NCBI GenBank assembly: GCA_043809315.1
Contig: JAZDDX010000020.1
Location: 64,001 to 128,000, forward strand
Reading direction: 5' to 3'
Source of the DNA: Pseudomonadota bacterium
Lineage (GTDB): Bacteria > Bdellovibrionota_G > JALEGL01 > DATDPG01
Length of the DNA: 64,000 nt
Below the pieces are notes generated by a model that did not search any database, was not told the DNA's origin, and saw only the letters and a program-made list of their open reading frames with translations. The number at the start of each line of letters is the position of its first letter. Position 1 is the first letter of the stretch. The translations under genes were made by a program, and so were the position numbers. Of this stretch, positions 53,257-63,429 are shown in pieces.

Positions 53257-55272
53257 CTACCGCAACATCGGCTTTCCAAGTTTGAGATACAACGGAAGAT
53301 ACAGGGCCAAGTTGAGAGCGACCAGCGTCAAGATGATCGCCCGCCGCATCACGGGATCCTCCCAGACCGAATACCCCTTCCGCACCATCATCAAGGTGCT
53401 CTCGCGTTCCTTCCACGACTTCCCCGTTTCGAGCGACATCAACTTCTCAAAGAGCGACCGGAGACGTTCCGTTACCTCCGTCTCGACGTCGGAGAGTTCG
53501 ACCACGCTGCGCCCCTTCGACCAGGAGCGAACCACCCCCGCGCAGTTCGCCTTCTTTACCCCGGGGAACCCGGGGATCACCAGCTGGACCCGAACCGGCG
53601 TCCCGGCTTTCAGAGAATCGGGGGAGGCGACCTTGAGCTCCCCCGCCTCGATCGACGTTATGTAGGTCCGGATGAACTCCTCCGCCGTCTGGAACGTCCG
53701 AACGAGGATCAGCCCCGATCGCGGTGCGGCCGGCGCTTCTTTTCGCGGTGCCGCCCGTGTCGGCGCGGGACCGACCCCGTCGGAAAGAAGCCGGATCATC
53801 TTTTCCAGCGGCGCCCGTTCCTCCGACGTCCGGTACTCGAACTGAAATTCCCCCGCCCCTTCCTCGACCGCAAGGGCGATCCCCTTCACCTCGGCCAAAG
53901 TCTCCCCCTGCCGCTCGAACTTGATCGAAGACAGTTCGCCCGGGGTGAACCCTCCCGAGAAACGGATCCGGGAATGGGTGAGACTCAACCAGACCAGCTT
54001 CCCCCGAATCTCGGGCTTGTTCTCCCGCAGGATCCGTGCGTCGATCTCGATCTCCTTCGCCTCGTACCGAGGGAAGATCAGCCCTTTTAGTTTGGCTCCC
54101 GCAAGGAGGCGAAGGACCCCCATGACGGTTTCCGCTCCCGCCCCCTTCTCCGGAAAGCCAAGCACCAACCGCTCCGCGGTGATCTCCTCCACGCGGGCCG
54201 TGAGAGGGGGGATCTTGGCCATTTCTTGCCGTAATCGCTGCCCCCCCGCTGGAAACCGCAAGGGGACGCGATCCCCTTTCTGGACCGGGCTACCGGGAGC
54301 GACCACCTGGACGGACCACGTTCGCGCGGAGACCTCTTCCAGGGTTCCCCGGGTCTTCCCTTCTCCTGAACCGATTTCCGCTTCGACTCCGAGTTCCACC
54401 ACACGAAGCCCCGCGGAAAGAGCCTCCTCTTCCCAGTCTTCCGCGACGACATCGGAGACGACGGTCTCCATCGCCTGGCGCATCTGCTCGGCCCGGTTCC
54501 GGACGACATCCTCGATGGCGCGCAACAGCGGCGGGTGGTTCTTCAGGAGATCCCGGAATCGTTCCCCTTTCAGGATCATCAGCTCGACCCGCCCGATCGC
54601 GCTCGCCGAAGCCGAGCGCGGCTGCCCGGTCACGACCGCCATCTCCCCGAAAAGATCCCCGGGCCCCAGCTCTTGCAGCGTGACCGTCGTCCCGCCTTTC
54701 GCCTTGGTAACCGCGACCTTCCCCTGCTTGATCACGTACAGGTCGAGGCTCGTTTCCCCCTCTTTGAGGATCGGGGCCCCCCCTTCGTGTGCAACGAGTT
54801 CCATCTTGGAAACGAGGTCATCGAGTTCTTTCGGCGCCAGCAGAGAGAACAGAGGGGACGAACGAAGAACGTTCGTCAGAATCCGCGATCGGAAGAGAGC
54901 TTGGAGATGAAGTTGAAGCGACGGGTATTTCTCCGACGCCGAGTGGAGCCACCCCGATTCGAGGAGAAGGATCGCCGACTCTTCCATCGCCACGGCCGAA
55001 AACGAGCGCGGTTTCCCCGTGAAATACGAGAACTCGCCGAAGAGATCCCCCTCCTTGAGGACCGCAACCGGTTTGAGTTCACCGCCGGGCCCTTTCCCAA
55101 CGATCTCGACCCGCCCCCGGAGAACTCCCAGAACGTCGTATTCGAGATCCCCTTCGGCGAAAATCGCGATCCCTTTCGGGTATTTCACGATCGGGAGCTG
55201 ATCCAATCGGTCGATCAGCTCGCGTTCTTCGATTCCCTTGAACAGGGAGAAATCTTGCGGAAGAAGGAACAT
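53257..55272 (-). CDS. Tandem cNMP-binding domains + PilZ-like domains + C-terminal TM anchor
   Basis: FGEFSYFTGKPRSFSA and FGEMAVVTGQPRSASA. The last domain (F..AEEFI..Y...I..G.L.V...L..GT.V.V.L..PG) resembles the myxobacterial PilZ type. Hydrophobic C-terminus. Confidence 0.8.
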   Translation of the reverse strand: MFLLPQDFSLFKGIEERELIDRLDQLPIVKYPKGIAIFAEGDLEYDVLGVLRGRVEIVGKGPGGELKPVAVLKEGDLFGEFSYFTGKPRSFSAVAMEESAILLLESGWLHSASEKYPSLQLHLQALFRSRILTNVLRSSPLFSLLAPKELDDLVSKMELVAHEGGAPILKEGETSLDLYVIKQGKVAVTKAKGGTTVTLQELGPGDLFGEMAVVTGQPRSASASAIGRVELMILKGERFRDLLKNHPPLLRAIEDVVRNRAEQMRQAMETVVSDVVAEDWEEEALSAGLRVVELGVEAEIGSGEGKTRGTLEEVSARTWSVQVVAPGSPVQKGDRVPLRFPAGGQRLRQEMAKIPPLTARVEEITAERLVLGFPEKGAGAETVMGVLRLLAGAKLKGLIFPRYEAKEIEIDARILRENKPEIRGKLVWLSLTHSRIRFSGGFTPGELSSIKFERQGETLAEVKGIALAVEEGAGEFQFEYRTSEERAPLEKMIRLLSDGVGPAPTRAAPRKEAPAAPRSGLILVRTFQTAEEFIRTYITSIEAGELKVASPDSLKAGTPVRVQLVIPGFPGVKKANCAGVVRSWSKGRSVVELSDVETEVTERLRSLFEKLMSLETGKSWKERESTLMMVRKGYSVWEDPVMRRAIILTLVALNLALYLPLYLKLGKPMLR

Positions 55273-55275
55273 CGC

Positions 55276-55686
55276 TTACTCCTTCACCCGCTTCCCGACG
55301 ACCACCTCGGCCCTGCGCCCTCCCCCTTCGGGGGTTTCGTAGGCGATGATCGCAAGATCCCAAGCCGAAGGTTTCCAATCGCTCGAGAACACGTACCTGT
55401 AGGCCGGCCGATAGGTCAGAAGATACCGCTCGATCGCCGGCGGCTCGTTCGCGAGACGGACCAGCGCCACCCGATATTCGAGGAACGATCTCTCGACCTT
55501 CTCCTTCTCCTTCAGCACGAGCAGTTTGCCGGCCACCTCCCCGCGGATTTCGTCGACCGATCGCCAGATCGAGTCGATCGCCTGGGGGGGAACCCGTCCG
55601 ACGGTTCCGAAAATCCAAACTCCGATTCCGGCGAGGAGCGACAACAGGAGAGCGATGGCGACATGCCGAAAATCCCGCCCCGTCAT
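55276..55686 (-). CDS. Membrane-anchored hypothetical protein
   Basis: N-terminal TM; ATGA coupling upstream, 3-nt gap downstream. Confidence 0.65.
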   Translation of the reverse strand: MTGRDFRHVAIALLLSLLAGIGVWIFGTVGRVPPQAIDSIWRSVDEIRGEVAGKLLVLKEKEKVERSFLEYRVALVRLANEPPAIERYLLTYRPAYRYVFSSDWKPSAWDLAIIAYETPEGGGRRAEVVVGKRVKE

Positions 55687-56489
55687 GGTTGGACCGCCTC
55701 CGCCGTCAGCGGCCATGGATTGAACTTCAAGGCATCCCCTGTCAGCACCCAATATCCCGAATCGATGGCCCGATGAAACGGTGAAAGCTGGATCCTACGC
55801 GTGAGGTCACACCCCTCGGATCCCAATCGGATCCGGATCAATCGTTCCCCGCGATCGGTATCGATTTCGAGCGCCGTGAGGCCCGCGGCGACCGGGACCG
55901 GAGCCTGCCCCTCCTCCGAAACGGTGACCATCGCTCCGCCCCCACGGCGACGTTGGGCCAGCGAATAGCGGGCCGGTTTAAACTGAGCCACGATCATCCC
56001 GCGCGTGAGGGAACGCGGCCGTTTTTCCCCGGGAAACTCCAGATCGATCGCCGTCCGCTTCTGACCCGGCTGCACAGAGGCCCCGATTTTCGCCAGGTAC
56101 GATTCCCCATCCGCACAGACCCAGGCCCAGGCTCCGGGCCGAAACATCTGGTCGGTCGGCACGAGCGCGGTCGGAGGCTCCGAGTCTGCGACGATCGGAC
56201 GGGCCGAATCGAAGATGGCAACCTCGTACCCCGGCGGATTCTCTTTTCGGGTAATGAGCGGAACAGCGGCTCCAAGACATCTGGACGCATACATCTCCCA
56301 GTGCCGGAGATCGGTCTCCATCCGCTCCACGACCCCCACCCAACCCCATTTCTGTTGAGCGCACTCCAGCAAAGGTTTCTCCGCCCGCCGCGCACGGGAC
56401 ACCAGGAACCAAGCCACCGCCGCGTTCAGCAGGAGCAGAACGGTGATTCCGATCGGAAGAGCTTTGGAACGAACCGGCTTGTCCGTCAT
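55683..56489 (-). CDS. Membrane-anchored hypothetical protein
   Basis: N-terminal TM, 4 Cys; ATGA overlaps at both ends. Confidence 0.65.
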   Translation of the reverse strand: MTDKPVRSKALPIGITVLLLLNAAVAWFLVSRARRAEKPLLECAQQKWGWVGVVERMETDLRHWEMYASRCLGAAVPLITRKENPPGYEVAIFDSARPIVADSEPPTALVPTDQMFRPGAWAWVCADGESYLAKIGASVQPGQKRTAIDLEFPGEKRPRSLTRGMIVAQFKPARYSLAQRRRGGGAMVTVSEEGQAPVPVAAGLTALEIDTDRGERLIRIRLGSEGCDLTRRIQLSPFHRAIDSGYWVLTGDALKFNPWPLTAEAVQP

Positions 56490-56980
56490 GGGGTCCGGAT
56501 CTCGATCGCACCGCCGGTATAGACGTAGAACGATTTCGTGCGCGCGACCCCGACCCCCTCGATCGTCAGGTACGGCGACCCCGTTTTCCCGTTCTGAAAT
56601 TGATAGATCCCGCGCGCCGTCGCCTCGAGATTGCTTCCGGCGTTGGAAAAACTCTCCGTCATCAAATAGATGTCGTTCGGCATCTGACGGTTCTGACTGA
56701 ACTGCACCCACGATGCCGGGAAAAGCGTGTCGTCGTAATACTCGAGAACCCACTGGGTCTCGGAGGTCCAGCGGATCCGGTGCGTTTTGCCGACCGCGAT
56801 CGCCTTGCTCCGGATCAGGATCAGGTCGTCGTAGACCAGGCTGGACGCCCGGTCGAGACTGTCACGCTGGCGCAGCCCGGAAAGGGTCGCGACCCCGAGC
56901 CCGAGCAGCCCGGCGATGATCGTGACGGTCACGATGACCTCGACGAGCGAGAACCCCCTGTTCCGGTTCACCGGCGCCAA
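56486..56980 (-). CDS. Type IV prepilin-like protein (FimT/GspH-like)
   Basis: Class III signal RG|FSLVEV followed by a hydrophobic helix; RSKAI; C-terminal TGG. Confidence 0.87.
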   Translation of the reverse strand: MAPVNRNRGFSLVEVIVTVTIIAGLLGLGVATLSGLRQRDSLDRASSLVYDDLILIRSKAIAVGKTHRIRWTSETQWVLEYYDDTLFPASWVQFSQNRQMPNDIYLMTESFSNAGSNLEATARGIYQFQNGKTGSPYLTIEGVGVARTKSFYVYTGGAIEIRTP

Positions 56981-56983
56981 GGA

Positions 56984-57316
56984 TCAGCGCAAGCCGGCTT
57001 CGTACAGCTTCGTCGCGACTTGCCAGCGGTTCAGGTTCGTGGCGTAGAGGCCGAGATTGCTCTTCTCCGCGAGTTTGACGACGTCTTCGGGGATCGGCTT
57101 CCCCTGCGTCACGACGATCCCGCAGAGATCCACCAAATTCGCCGCCGCAATCACGTTCGCATGCACCTGGATCGTCACGAGGACGTTCCCCGCTTTTGCG
57201 TTCGCAATGACGTCGCTCACCATGTCCGAGATGTAAACCCCGGTCACGTCCCCCTCGGCCGGCTTCTGGGTGAGGGATTTCAACTCCAATTTCGCCGCGA
57301 TCTCTTTCAGTTTCAT
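56984..57316 (-). CDS. Stand-alone DRTGG-domain protein
   Basis: Motifs VTGVYISDMVSDVI, VTIQ.H.NVIA.A. This domain type is common beside Hnd/Hyd-type operons. Confidence 0.82.
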   Translation of the reverse strand: MKLKEIAAKLELKSLTQKPAEGDVTGVYISDMVSDVIANAKAGNVLVTIQVHANVIAAANLVDLCGIVVTQGKPIPEDVVKLAEKSNLGLYATNLNRWQVATKLYEAGLR

Positions 57317-57879
57317 CGTCCGTTCGCCTCCATGGATGTCATACCGAAATCGACCATGATCTCGCCGAACGTCAGATGCCGGTAGACATCGAAGTGGTCG
57401 GGCAGGATCACGATCATCTTGTTTTGGGTGAGCAACCGTTCGTTGAAGGCTTGGGTTAACGCCTGGAGTTTCTCGAGCGAGAGGGGCTTCGGAACTCCCC
57501 CCTTCCCCTCCGCGGTGACCGCCACGTAGACGTGGATCTTCCGCCCGAGCGCCAGCTCCCCGATCTTGTGGAAGTCGCTCCCCGGCTTGGCCGACGCGAA
57601 GTACATGAGCCCCAAAAGCTCATCCAACTTCGTCACCTCCCCGGTCCGGGTGTCCCTAAGGTCGAAACGGACCGATTGGGCGTCGGCCACGTGCGACCAT
57701 CTCCGTCCCCCCTCCTGATAATCCTCGCGGGGTGCGGTCGATCCTTCCGCAAAATAGGCGCGGTGCCGGCCGGTCCCTCCCTCTTCCTCGATCACCACGA
57801 ACCCGGGACGGGCATTGACCCGCTCGTATCGGTACCCTTCGCTCATCGGCGCAGCGACTCTATCTTTCGGCCCGTGCAT
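57313..57879 (-). CDS. Hypothetical protein
   Basis: Host-like codons; coupled to both neighbours. Start could be 57879 or 57846. Confidence 0.65.
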   Translation of the reverse strand: MHGPKDRVAAPMSEGYRYERVNARPGFVVIEEEGGTGRHRAYFAEGSTAPREDYQEGGRRWSHVADAQSVRFDLRDTRTGEVTKLDELLGLMYFASAKPGSDFHKIGELALGRKIHVYVAVTAEGKGGVPKPLSLEKLQALTQAFNERLLTQNKMIVILPDHFDVYRHLTFGEIMVDFGMTSMEANGR

Positions 57880-57881
57880 GG

Positions 57882-60800
57882 TCAAACCTGCTCGGCGGTC
57901 GCCTCTCTCCGTTGTGGGGCCGACTCGATCTGGACCAACCGGGGATGGCCGTTTGGGGCGACCCCCTCTTTCCGCGCCGCCTCGGCATCGGCGAAGATCT
58001 TCTCGAACCACCGGTCGAAGCGGCTTTCCAGATTGTCCAGAGGCCGGGTCGGCGTCGGACGAACCGGCTTCCTCGTGTGCGTATCGGATCGGCCCTCCGG
58101 GAGCGGAAAAGCCGAAAGATCCCAGAGGCCGTCCGAGTCCTGACTCCCGATCTTCACGTTCCGATAGATCGGGACCGTTTTCCGGATCTCCTCCGTGACG
58201 TCCGATACCGCACCGTATTTCATCTTGAAGCGGTATCCCATCCGTCCGGCGATCTCCCGCAAGATCTCCCAGCTCTCCATCCCGGTGACAGGACGGACGG
58301 CGCGCGTAAGACCTTGAACGCGGCGCTCCTGGTTCGTCATCGTCCCGCTCGTCTCGGCGGTTGCCGAAAGGGGAAGGACGAGGTGGGCCGAACCGGCCGT
58401 TTCGGTCATGAAGAGATCCCCCACGACTAGGAATTCCACGGAACGGAGACCTTCCTTGACCTCCGCCGGCAGCGTCGGGCTTCCGAGCGGATCCTCTCCG
58501 AGAACCACGGCAACGCGGATTTTCTTTTGAGCCAACGCCTCCGCCAGATCGGGGGACGGCTTCTCCAGGTCGTGGAGAACCACACACCACTCCTTCTCCA
58601 ACTCGTCGGTCACGGCGCGGTCGGTCGAAGAGAGATAACCGGGAAGCGTGGCGGGGTTCGCCCCCATGTCGGACAGCCCCTGGGCGTTCGATTTCTCCCG
58701 GAGGGCAAGGAGCGTGGCCCCCATCGCTTTCGCCGTCTCCGCGAAGATCCGTTCGTCCCCCGGGACGCGCAACCCGCGATAGTCTTTGTTGAAGACGACG
58801 ACCTTGATCACCGCTTTCTTCCAGATCTCCGCCGCGGCCTGGATCTCGGGGGATTTCTTCTCCCCCTTGCCGGCAATCGTCGCTTCGAGGCGGCGGACCC
58901 ATTCCGTCTGCGTTCCGTCCTCACAGGGGATGAAGACGTCGGCGAAGCGTGACACTCGGTTTTCTTCCGGCCCGATGTAGATCAGGTGCGTCCCTTGTCG
59001 CACGGCCCGTTTGACCAGGAGATCGGTCACGAAATGCTCTTCGGCCGTGTCGGAGTTGACGACGACGATCGCCTGCGCGTCGAGAAGGTCGGGGTAACTC
59101 CCGGTGGAAACGACCTCGGGACATGCGAACTCCCGGTTCACCAGGTTTCCGAACGTCGAGACGTTGTGCGTCCGAAGGGCGACCCGCGCGAACTTCTGCG
59201 CGAGGTAGATCTCCTCGTTCGTCATTCGGGGGGAAACGAACAGGGCGATCTGCCCGCCGTTGTATTTCCGGAGCAGTTCCTTGAATCGCATCGCCGCGTA
59301 GTCCAGCGCCCCCTCGAACGGAATATCCTGCAGTTCGCGTCCGGCGCGGATCTTGGGGCTCTTGAGCCGATCGGGCGCCTGGACGTACGAATATCCGAAA
59401 CGCCCACGCTTACAGTGGTTCCCGAATGTGTTCTTGGGACCCTCCACCCTCGACACCTTCACGAGCGAATTCCCGAACACGTCATAGTCGTATGTGCATC
59501 CGACGCCGCAGTAATGGCAGACGGTCTCTTTCGGTTCGGTCTTCCAGGGACCGGGTTTGGAAAGCGAGATCTTCTCCACGATCGCCCCGGTCGGACAGGT
59601 GCTCAGACAGAGACCGCACGAGACACAATCGGTGTCGAGCAACGACCCGCCGAGGGTCGGCTTCACCACCGTCGAGAACCCGCGGTTGATCAGACCGTAG
59701 GCGTGCGCCCCGACCACTTCGCCGCAAACCCGGACACAACGAGAGCAGAGGATGCATTTGTTCGGATCGAGTTCGATCAACGGGTGGGTCCCGTCGAGCT
59801 TGTACTCTTTCGCCTCCCCCATGAACGACTTGACCTCGGCATCGTACTCGGTCGCGTACTCCCGGAGACGGCAGTGGAAGAGCGCGAGGCAACCGCATTC
59901 GAGACAGCGGTGCGCCTCCCGCACCACATCCTCCGGGGTGTACCCTTGCTCCACCTCGGCAAAGCTCGAGATCCGTTCCTCGACCGGGAGAACCGCCATT
60001 TGGCGACGGGCGTACCGCGATCCCGCCCGGAGGTCCTCCTTCGTGATCTTCCGGAAGAGATCCCTCCGGCTGTTGAACTCTTGCGGCTCGGCTTCCGCCT
60101 TGCCGGTCGTCAGATACCGGTCGATCGCGTGCGCCGTTTTCCGCCCGGCAGCGATCGCCTCGATCGCGGTCGCCGCTCCGGTCACGACATCCCCTCCGGA
60201 GAAGACCCCTTCGACGCTCGTCTCGAACGTCCCTTCGTTCACCGCGACCGTCTTCCAACGGGTCAGATTCAGCGTCTCCCCGAACGGTAGGAAATTCGCC
60301 ACGCCACCGCCCAGAAAATCGGACACGGTCGTTGCCTGGCCGATCGCCGCGATAACAAAATCGCACGGGATCTCAAACTCCGAACCGCGGACCGGTTTCG
60401 GACTCCGGCGCCCGCTCGCGTCCGGCTCCCCCAGCTCCATCCGCAGGCACTCGAGCGCCGCGACCTTGCCGTTCTTTTCGATCACCTTCTGCGGGGCGAC
60501 CAGGAGGTCGATCTGAACCCCCTCGTGCTCCGCCTCCTCGATCTCCACCGCGTTCGCCGGCATCTCATTCTTCGTCCGGCGGTAGACGATCCGGACTTCC
60601 TTCGCCCCGAGGCGAAGAGCCGTCCGGGCACAGTCGATCGCCGTGTTCCCCCCTCCGACGACGAGAACCTTCCCATGCACTTCCGGCTTTTTCCGCAGAC
60701 CGAACGCTTTCAGGAACTCGATCCCGGAAAGAACGCCCGGGAGATTCTCGTTCTGAACGCGCATCTCAGACGACTGCCAGGCACCGATTGCGAGAAAGAT

Positions 60801-61652
60801 CGCCCCGAACCCCTGTTCCTTGAGACTTGCGATCGTGAAGTCCTTCCCGAGCGAAACGTTCGTCGAAAGCAGGACCCCCAGGTCGAGAATCTGGCTGATC
60901 TCGAGGTCGAGGATCTCCTTCGGAAGGCGGTATTCGGGGATTCCGTACCGGAGCATCCCCCCCGCTTCCGGCAGCGCTTCGAAAATGTGCGCCGCGTATC
61001 CACGAAGGGCAAGATAATGGGCGCAGGAAAGCCCGGCCGGACCTCCGCCGACGATCGCGACCTTCTTCCCGTTGGGAGGCGGGGCCGCCATCTTGAACGG
61101 CTCTTTCCGCCCCAGATCCATGTCGGCCAAATACCGCTTGATGTAGTCGATCCCGACCGGCTCATCGAGGAGCGTTCGGCGGCAGCCGCGCACCTCGCAC
61201 GGCCGGGTGCAAACGCGCCCGCAGATCGCGGGAAGAGGGTTGTCCTCTTTGATGAGGCGGATGGCGTCCTCGTATTTCCCGAGGGCGGCGAGAGCGAGGT
61301 ACCCCTGGATGTCGATCTCCGCCGGGCAGGCGAGCTGGCAGGGGCCGACGCAGTCGGCATAGTGATTCGACAGCATCAGCTCCAAAGCCGCTTTCCGCGA
61401 TTTCCGGACGTCCGGCCCGTCGGTTTCGACCACCATTCCCCCGGTCACCTTCGTCGAACAGGCAGGGATCAGCGTCCGTGCCCCTTTCACCTTCACGACA
61501 CAGACGAAACAGGAGGAGAACGGCTCCAACTGATCGTCATTGCAGAGGGTCGGGATCCCGCGAATGCCGTTTTCCCGGGCAACCGCGAGAATCGTCTGGT
61601 TGCTGTCGGCGATGACCCGTTTTCCGTCGATCTCCAACTTGACTAGCGCCAT
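57882..61652 (-). CDS. StnC-like large subunit: [2Fe-2S] + GltD-like FAD/NADPH module + FeS + FDH-like domain
   Basis: Motifs IPTLC...CFVC, CGRVC, GGGPAG, YGIPEYRL, GGGNTAID.ART..R, YRR, CILCSRC, CVSCGLC, CHYCGVGC. No Cys or Sec at the Mo-ligand position. Confidence 0.85.
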   Translation of the reverse strand: MALVKLEIDGKRVIADSNQTILAVARENGIRGIPTLCNDDQLEPFSSCFVCVVKVKGARTLIPACSTKVTGGMVVETDGPDVRKSRKAALELMLSNHYADCVGPCQLACPAEIDIQGYLALAALGKYEDAIRLIKEDNPLPAICGRVCTRPCEVRGCRRTLLDEPVGIDYIKRYLADMDLGRKEPFKMAAPPPNGKKVAIVGGGPAGLSCAHYLALRGYAAHIFEALPEAGGMLRYGIPEYRLPKEILDLEISQILDLGVLLSTNVSLGKDFTIASLKEQGFGAIFLAIGAWQSSEMRVQNENLPGVLSGIEFLKAFGLRKKPEVHGKVLVVGGGNTAIDCARTALRLGAKEVRIVYRRTKNEMPANAVEIEEAEHEGVQIDLLVAPQKVIEKNGKVAALECLRMELGEPDASGRRSPKPVRGSEFEIPCDFVIAAIGQATTVSDFLGGGVANFLPFGETLNLTRWKTVAVNEGTFETSVEGVFSGGDVVTGAATAIEAIAAGRKTAHAIDRYLTTGKAEAEPQEFNSRRDLFRKITKEDLRAGSRYARRQMAVLPVEERISSFAEVEQGYTPEDVVREAHRCLECGCLALFHCRLREYATEYDAEVKSFMGEAKEYKLDGTHPLIELDPNKCILCSRCVRVCGEVVGAHAYGLINRGFSTVVKPTLGGSLLDTDCVSCGLCLSTCPTGAIVEKISLSKPGPWKTEPKETVCHYCGVGCTYDYDVFGNSLVKVSRVEGPKNTFGNHCKRGRFGYSYVQAPDRLKSPKIRAGRELQDIPFEGALDYAAMRFKELLRKYNGGQIALFVSPRMTNEEIYLAQKFARVALRTHNVSTFGNLVNREFACPEVVSTGSYPDLLDAQAIVVVNSDTAEEHFVTDLLVKRAVRQGTHLIYIGPEENRVSRFADVFIPCEDGTQTEWVRRLEATIAGKGEKKSPEIQAAAEIWKKAVIKVVVFNKDYRGLRVPGDERIFAETAKAMGATLLALREKSNAQGLSDMGANPATLPGYLSSTDRAVTDELEKEWCVVLHDLEKPSPDLAEALAQKKIRVAVVLGEDPLGSPTLPAEVKEGLRSVEFLVVGDLFMTETAGSAHLVLPLSATAETSGTMTNQERRVQGLTRAVRPVTGMESWEILREIAGRMGYRFKMKYGAVSDVTEEIRKTVPIYRNVKIGSQDSDGLWDLSAFPLPEGRSDTHTRKPVRPTPTRPLDNLESRFDRWFEKIFADAEAARKEGVAPNGHPRLVQIESAPQRREATAEQV

Positions 61653-61665
61653 CGGTGATTCCCCC

Positions 61666-63429
61666 TTACATCCTTGTGATCGCGTGGAACCGACATGTTT
61701 TGTAACACTCGTCGCACTGAATGCACTTCGACGTGTCGATCTCGTGTTTCTTCTTCAACTCCCCTGTGATCGCCTTCGCGGAGCAGACACGGCCGCAGGC
61801 CATGCAGCCGTTGCATTCGTCAGTGATCAGGTAGGTCAAGAGCTTCAGGCAGTGATGCGCCGGACAACGCTTGTTCGAAATATGGGCCTCGTACTCCGCC
61901 CGGAAATACTTGAGCGTCGTCAAGACCGGGTTCGGAGCGGTCTGCCCCAAGCCACAGAGGGAGTTGTTCTTGACGAGGTTCGCCAGCCTCTCGAGCAGTT
62001 CGATGTCCGCTTCCCGTCCCTCCCCCTCCGTGATCCTGGTGAGGACTTCGAGCATTCGCTTCGTCCCGACCCGGCAGAAGGTGCACTTTCCGCATGACTC
62101 CCGCTGAGTGAAATCGAGGAAGAACCGGGCCACTTCTACCATGCAGGTGGTCTCGTCCATGACGACGAGTCCCCCCGACCCCATGATCGCGCCGGTTTTA
62201 TTGATCGACTCGTAGTCGATGATGGTGTCCCCAAGCTCGGCCGGGATACAGCCGCCCGAAGGGCCTCCCATCTGAACCGCCTTGAACTTCTTGTCGTCGA
62301 CGATCCCGCCGCAGATCTCCGTGACGATCTCCCGGATCGAGATCCCCATCGGGACCTCGACCAGTCCTCCGCGTTTGACCTTGCCCGCCATCGCGAAGAC
62401 CTTCGTCCCCTTGCTCTTCTCGGTTCCCAGGGAGTTGAACGCCCCCGCCCCCTTGAGGACGATCCACGGGACGTTCGCGAACGTCTCGACATTGTTGATC
62501 GACGTCGGGCAGTCCCACAACCCCTTCGACGCCGGGAACGGCGGCCGGAGACGAGGCATCCCGCGTTTCCCCTCGATCGACTGGATCAACGCCGTCTCCT
62601 CGCCGCAGACGAAGGCTCCCGCCCCTTCCTTCAAACGGACCTCGAAGTCGAAGCCGCTCCCCAGGATGTTCTTCCCGAGGAAGTTCTTCTTCTCCGCCTG
62701 GGCGATCGCGATGTTCAGTCGCTCGATCGCCTTCGGATACTCCGCCCGAACGTAGACGTAGCCGTAGTTCGCGCCGATCGCATAACCGGCGATCATCATC
62801 CCCTCGAGAACGCTGTGCGGATCGCTCTCGAGAACCGACCGGTCCATGAACGCCCCGGGGTCCCCTTCGTCGGCATTGCAGATGATGTATTTCGTCGTTC
62901 CGGGGGCGAGGCGCGTGAAACGCCACTTCATCCCGGTCAGGAAGCCGGCACCGCCACGGCCGCGCAATCCGGATTCCGTGATCCCGTCGATCAGCTTGTC
63001 GGGGTTCTTCTCCTTCAGAACCTCCGTGATCGCGCGATACCCGTCATGTTTCTGATAGTCCTCGATCGATTCCGGATCGATGATCCCGGAGTTCCGAAGG
63101 ACGATCCGCTGCTGCCGGTCGAGGTAGTTTTTCTCGCTCCCCTTCCCGGCATCGCTCCAGACCAACCACTCCTCCACCGGCCGGTCGCTCAATTGTTCGT
63201 CCAACAACCGATCGATCTTGTCCGCCGTGATCCCGCCGTACGTGAAACGCGCGCCGCTCTCCGTCTGGAATTCGACCATCGGCTCGCGGTAACACATCCC
63301 GAGACAGCCGGTTTTCGCAAGCGTCCAGGCGCCCCCCCTGGCTTTCAGTTTTTCCGCAAGCGTCCGGTACGTGTCTTGCGCGCCGGCCGCGATTCCGCAG
63401 GTTCCGAGTCCGACCAAGATCCGGTTCAT
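61666..63429 (-). CDS. NuoF/HydB/StnB-like FMN-NADH subunit, electron-bifurcating type
   Basis: N-terminal [2Fe-2S] domain, LRGRGGAGF, CNADEGDPGAFMDR, CGKC..C, C-terminal 2x[4Fe-4S]. Confidence 0.92.
   Translation of the reverse strand: MNRILVGLGTCGIAAGAQDTYRTLAEKLKARGGAWTLAKTGCLGMCYREPMVEFQTESGARFTYGGITADKIDRLLDEQLSDRPVEEWLVWSDAGKGSEKNYLDRQQRIVLRNSGIIDPESIEDYQKHDGYRAITEVLKEKNPDKLIDGITESGLRGRGGAGFLTGMKWRFTRLAPGTTKYIICNADEGDPGAFMDRSVLESDPHSVLEGMMIAGYAIGANYGYVYVRAEYPKAIERLNIAIAQAEKKNFLGKNILGSGFDFEVRLKEGAGAFVCGEETALIQSIEGKRGMPRLRPPFPASKGLWDCPTSINNVETFANVPWIVLKGAGAFNSLGTEKSKGTKVFAMAGKVKRGGLVEVPMGISIREIVTEICGGIVDDKKFKAVQMGGPSGGCIPAELGDTIIDYESINKTGAIMGSGGLVVMDETTCMVEVARFFLDFTQRESCGKCTFCRVGTKRMLEVLTRITEGEGREADIELLERLANLVKNNSLCGLGQTAPNPVLTTLKYFRAEYEAHISNKRCPAHHCLKLLTYLITDECNGCMACGRVCSAKAITGELKKKHEIDTSKCIQCDECYKTCRFHAITRM

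Noticed and set aside
57882-61652. Selenocysteine-containing formate dehydrogenase or in-frame TGA recoding
   Set aside because: The ORF is uninterrupted and has no Cys or TGA at the ligand position; I saw no convincing TGA read-through in any redox gene here.
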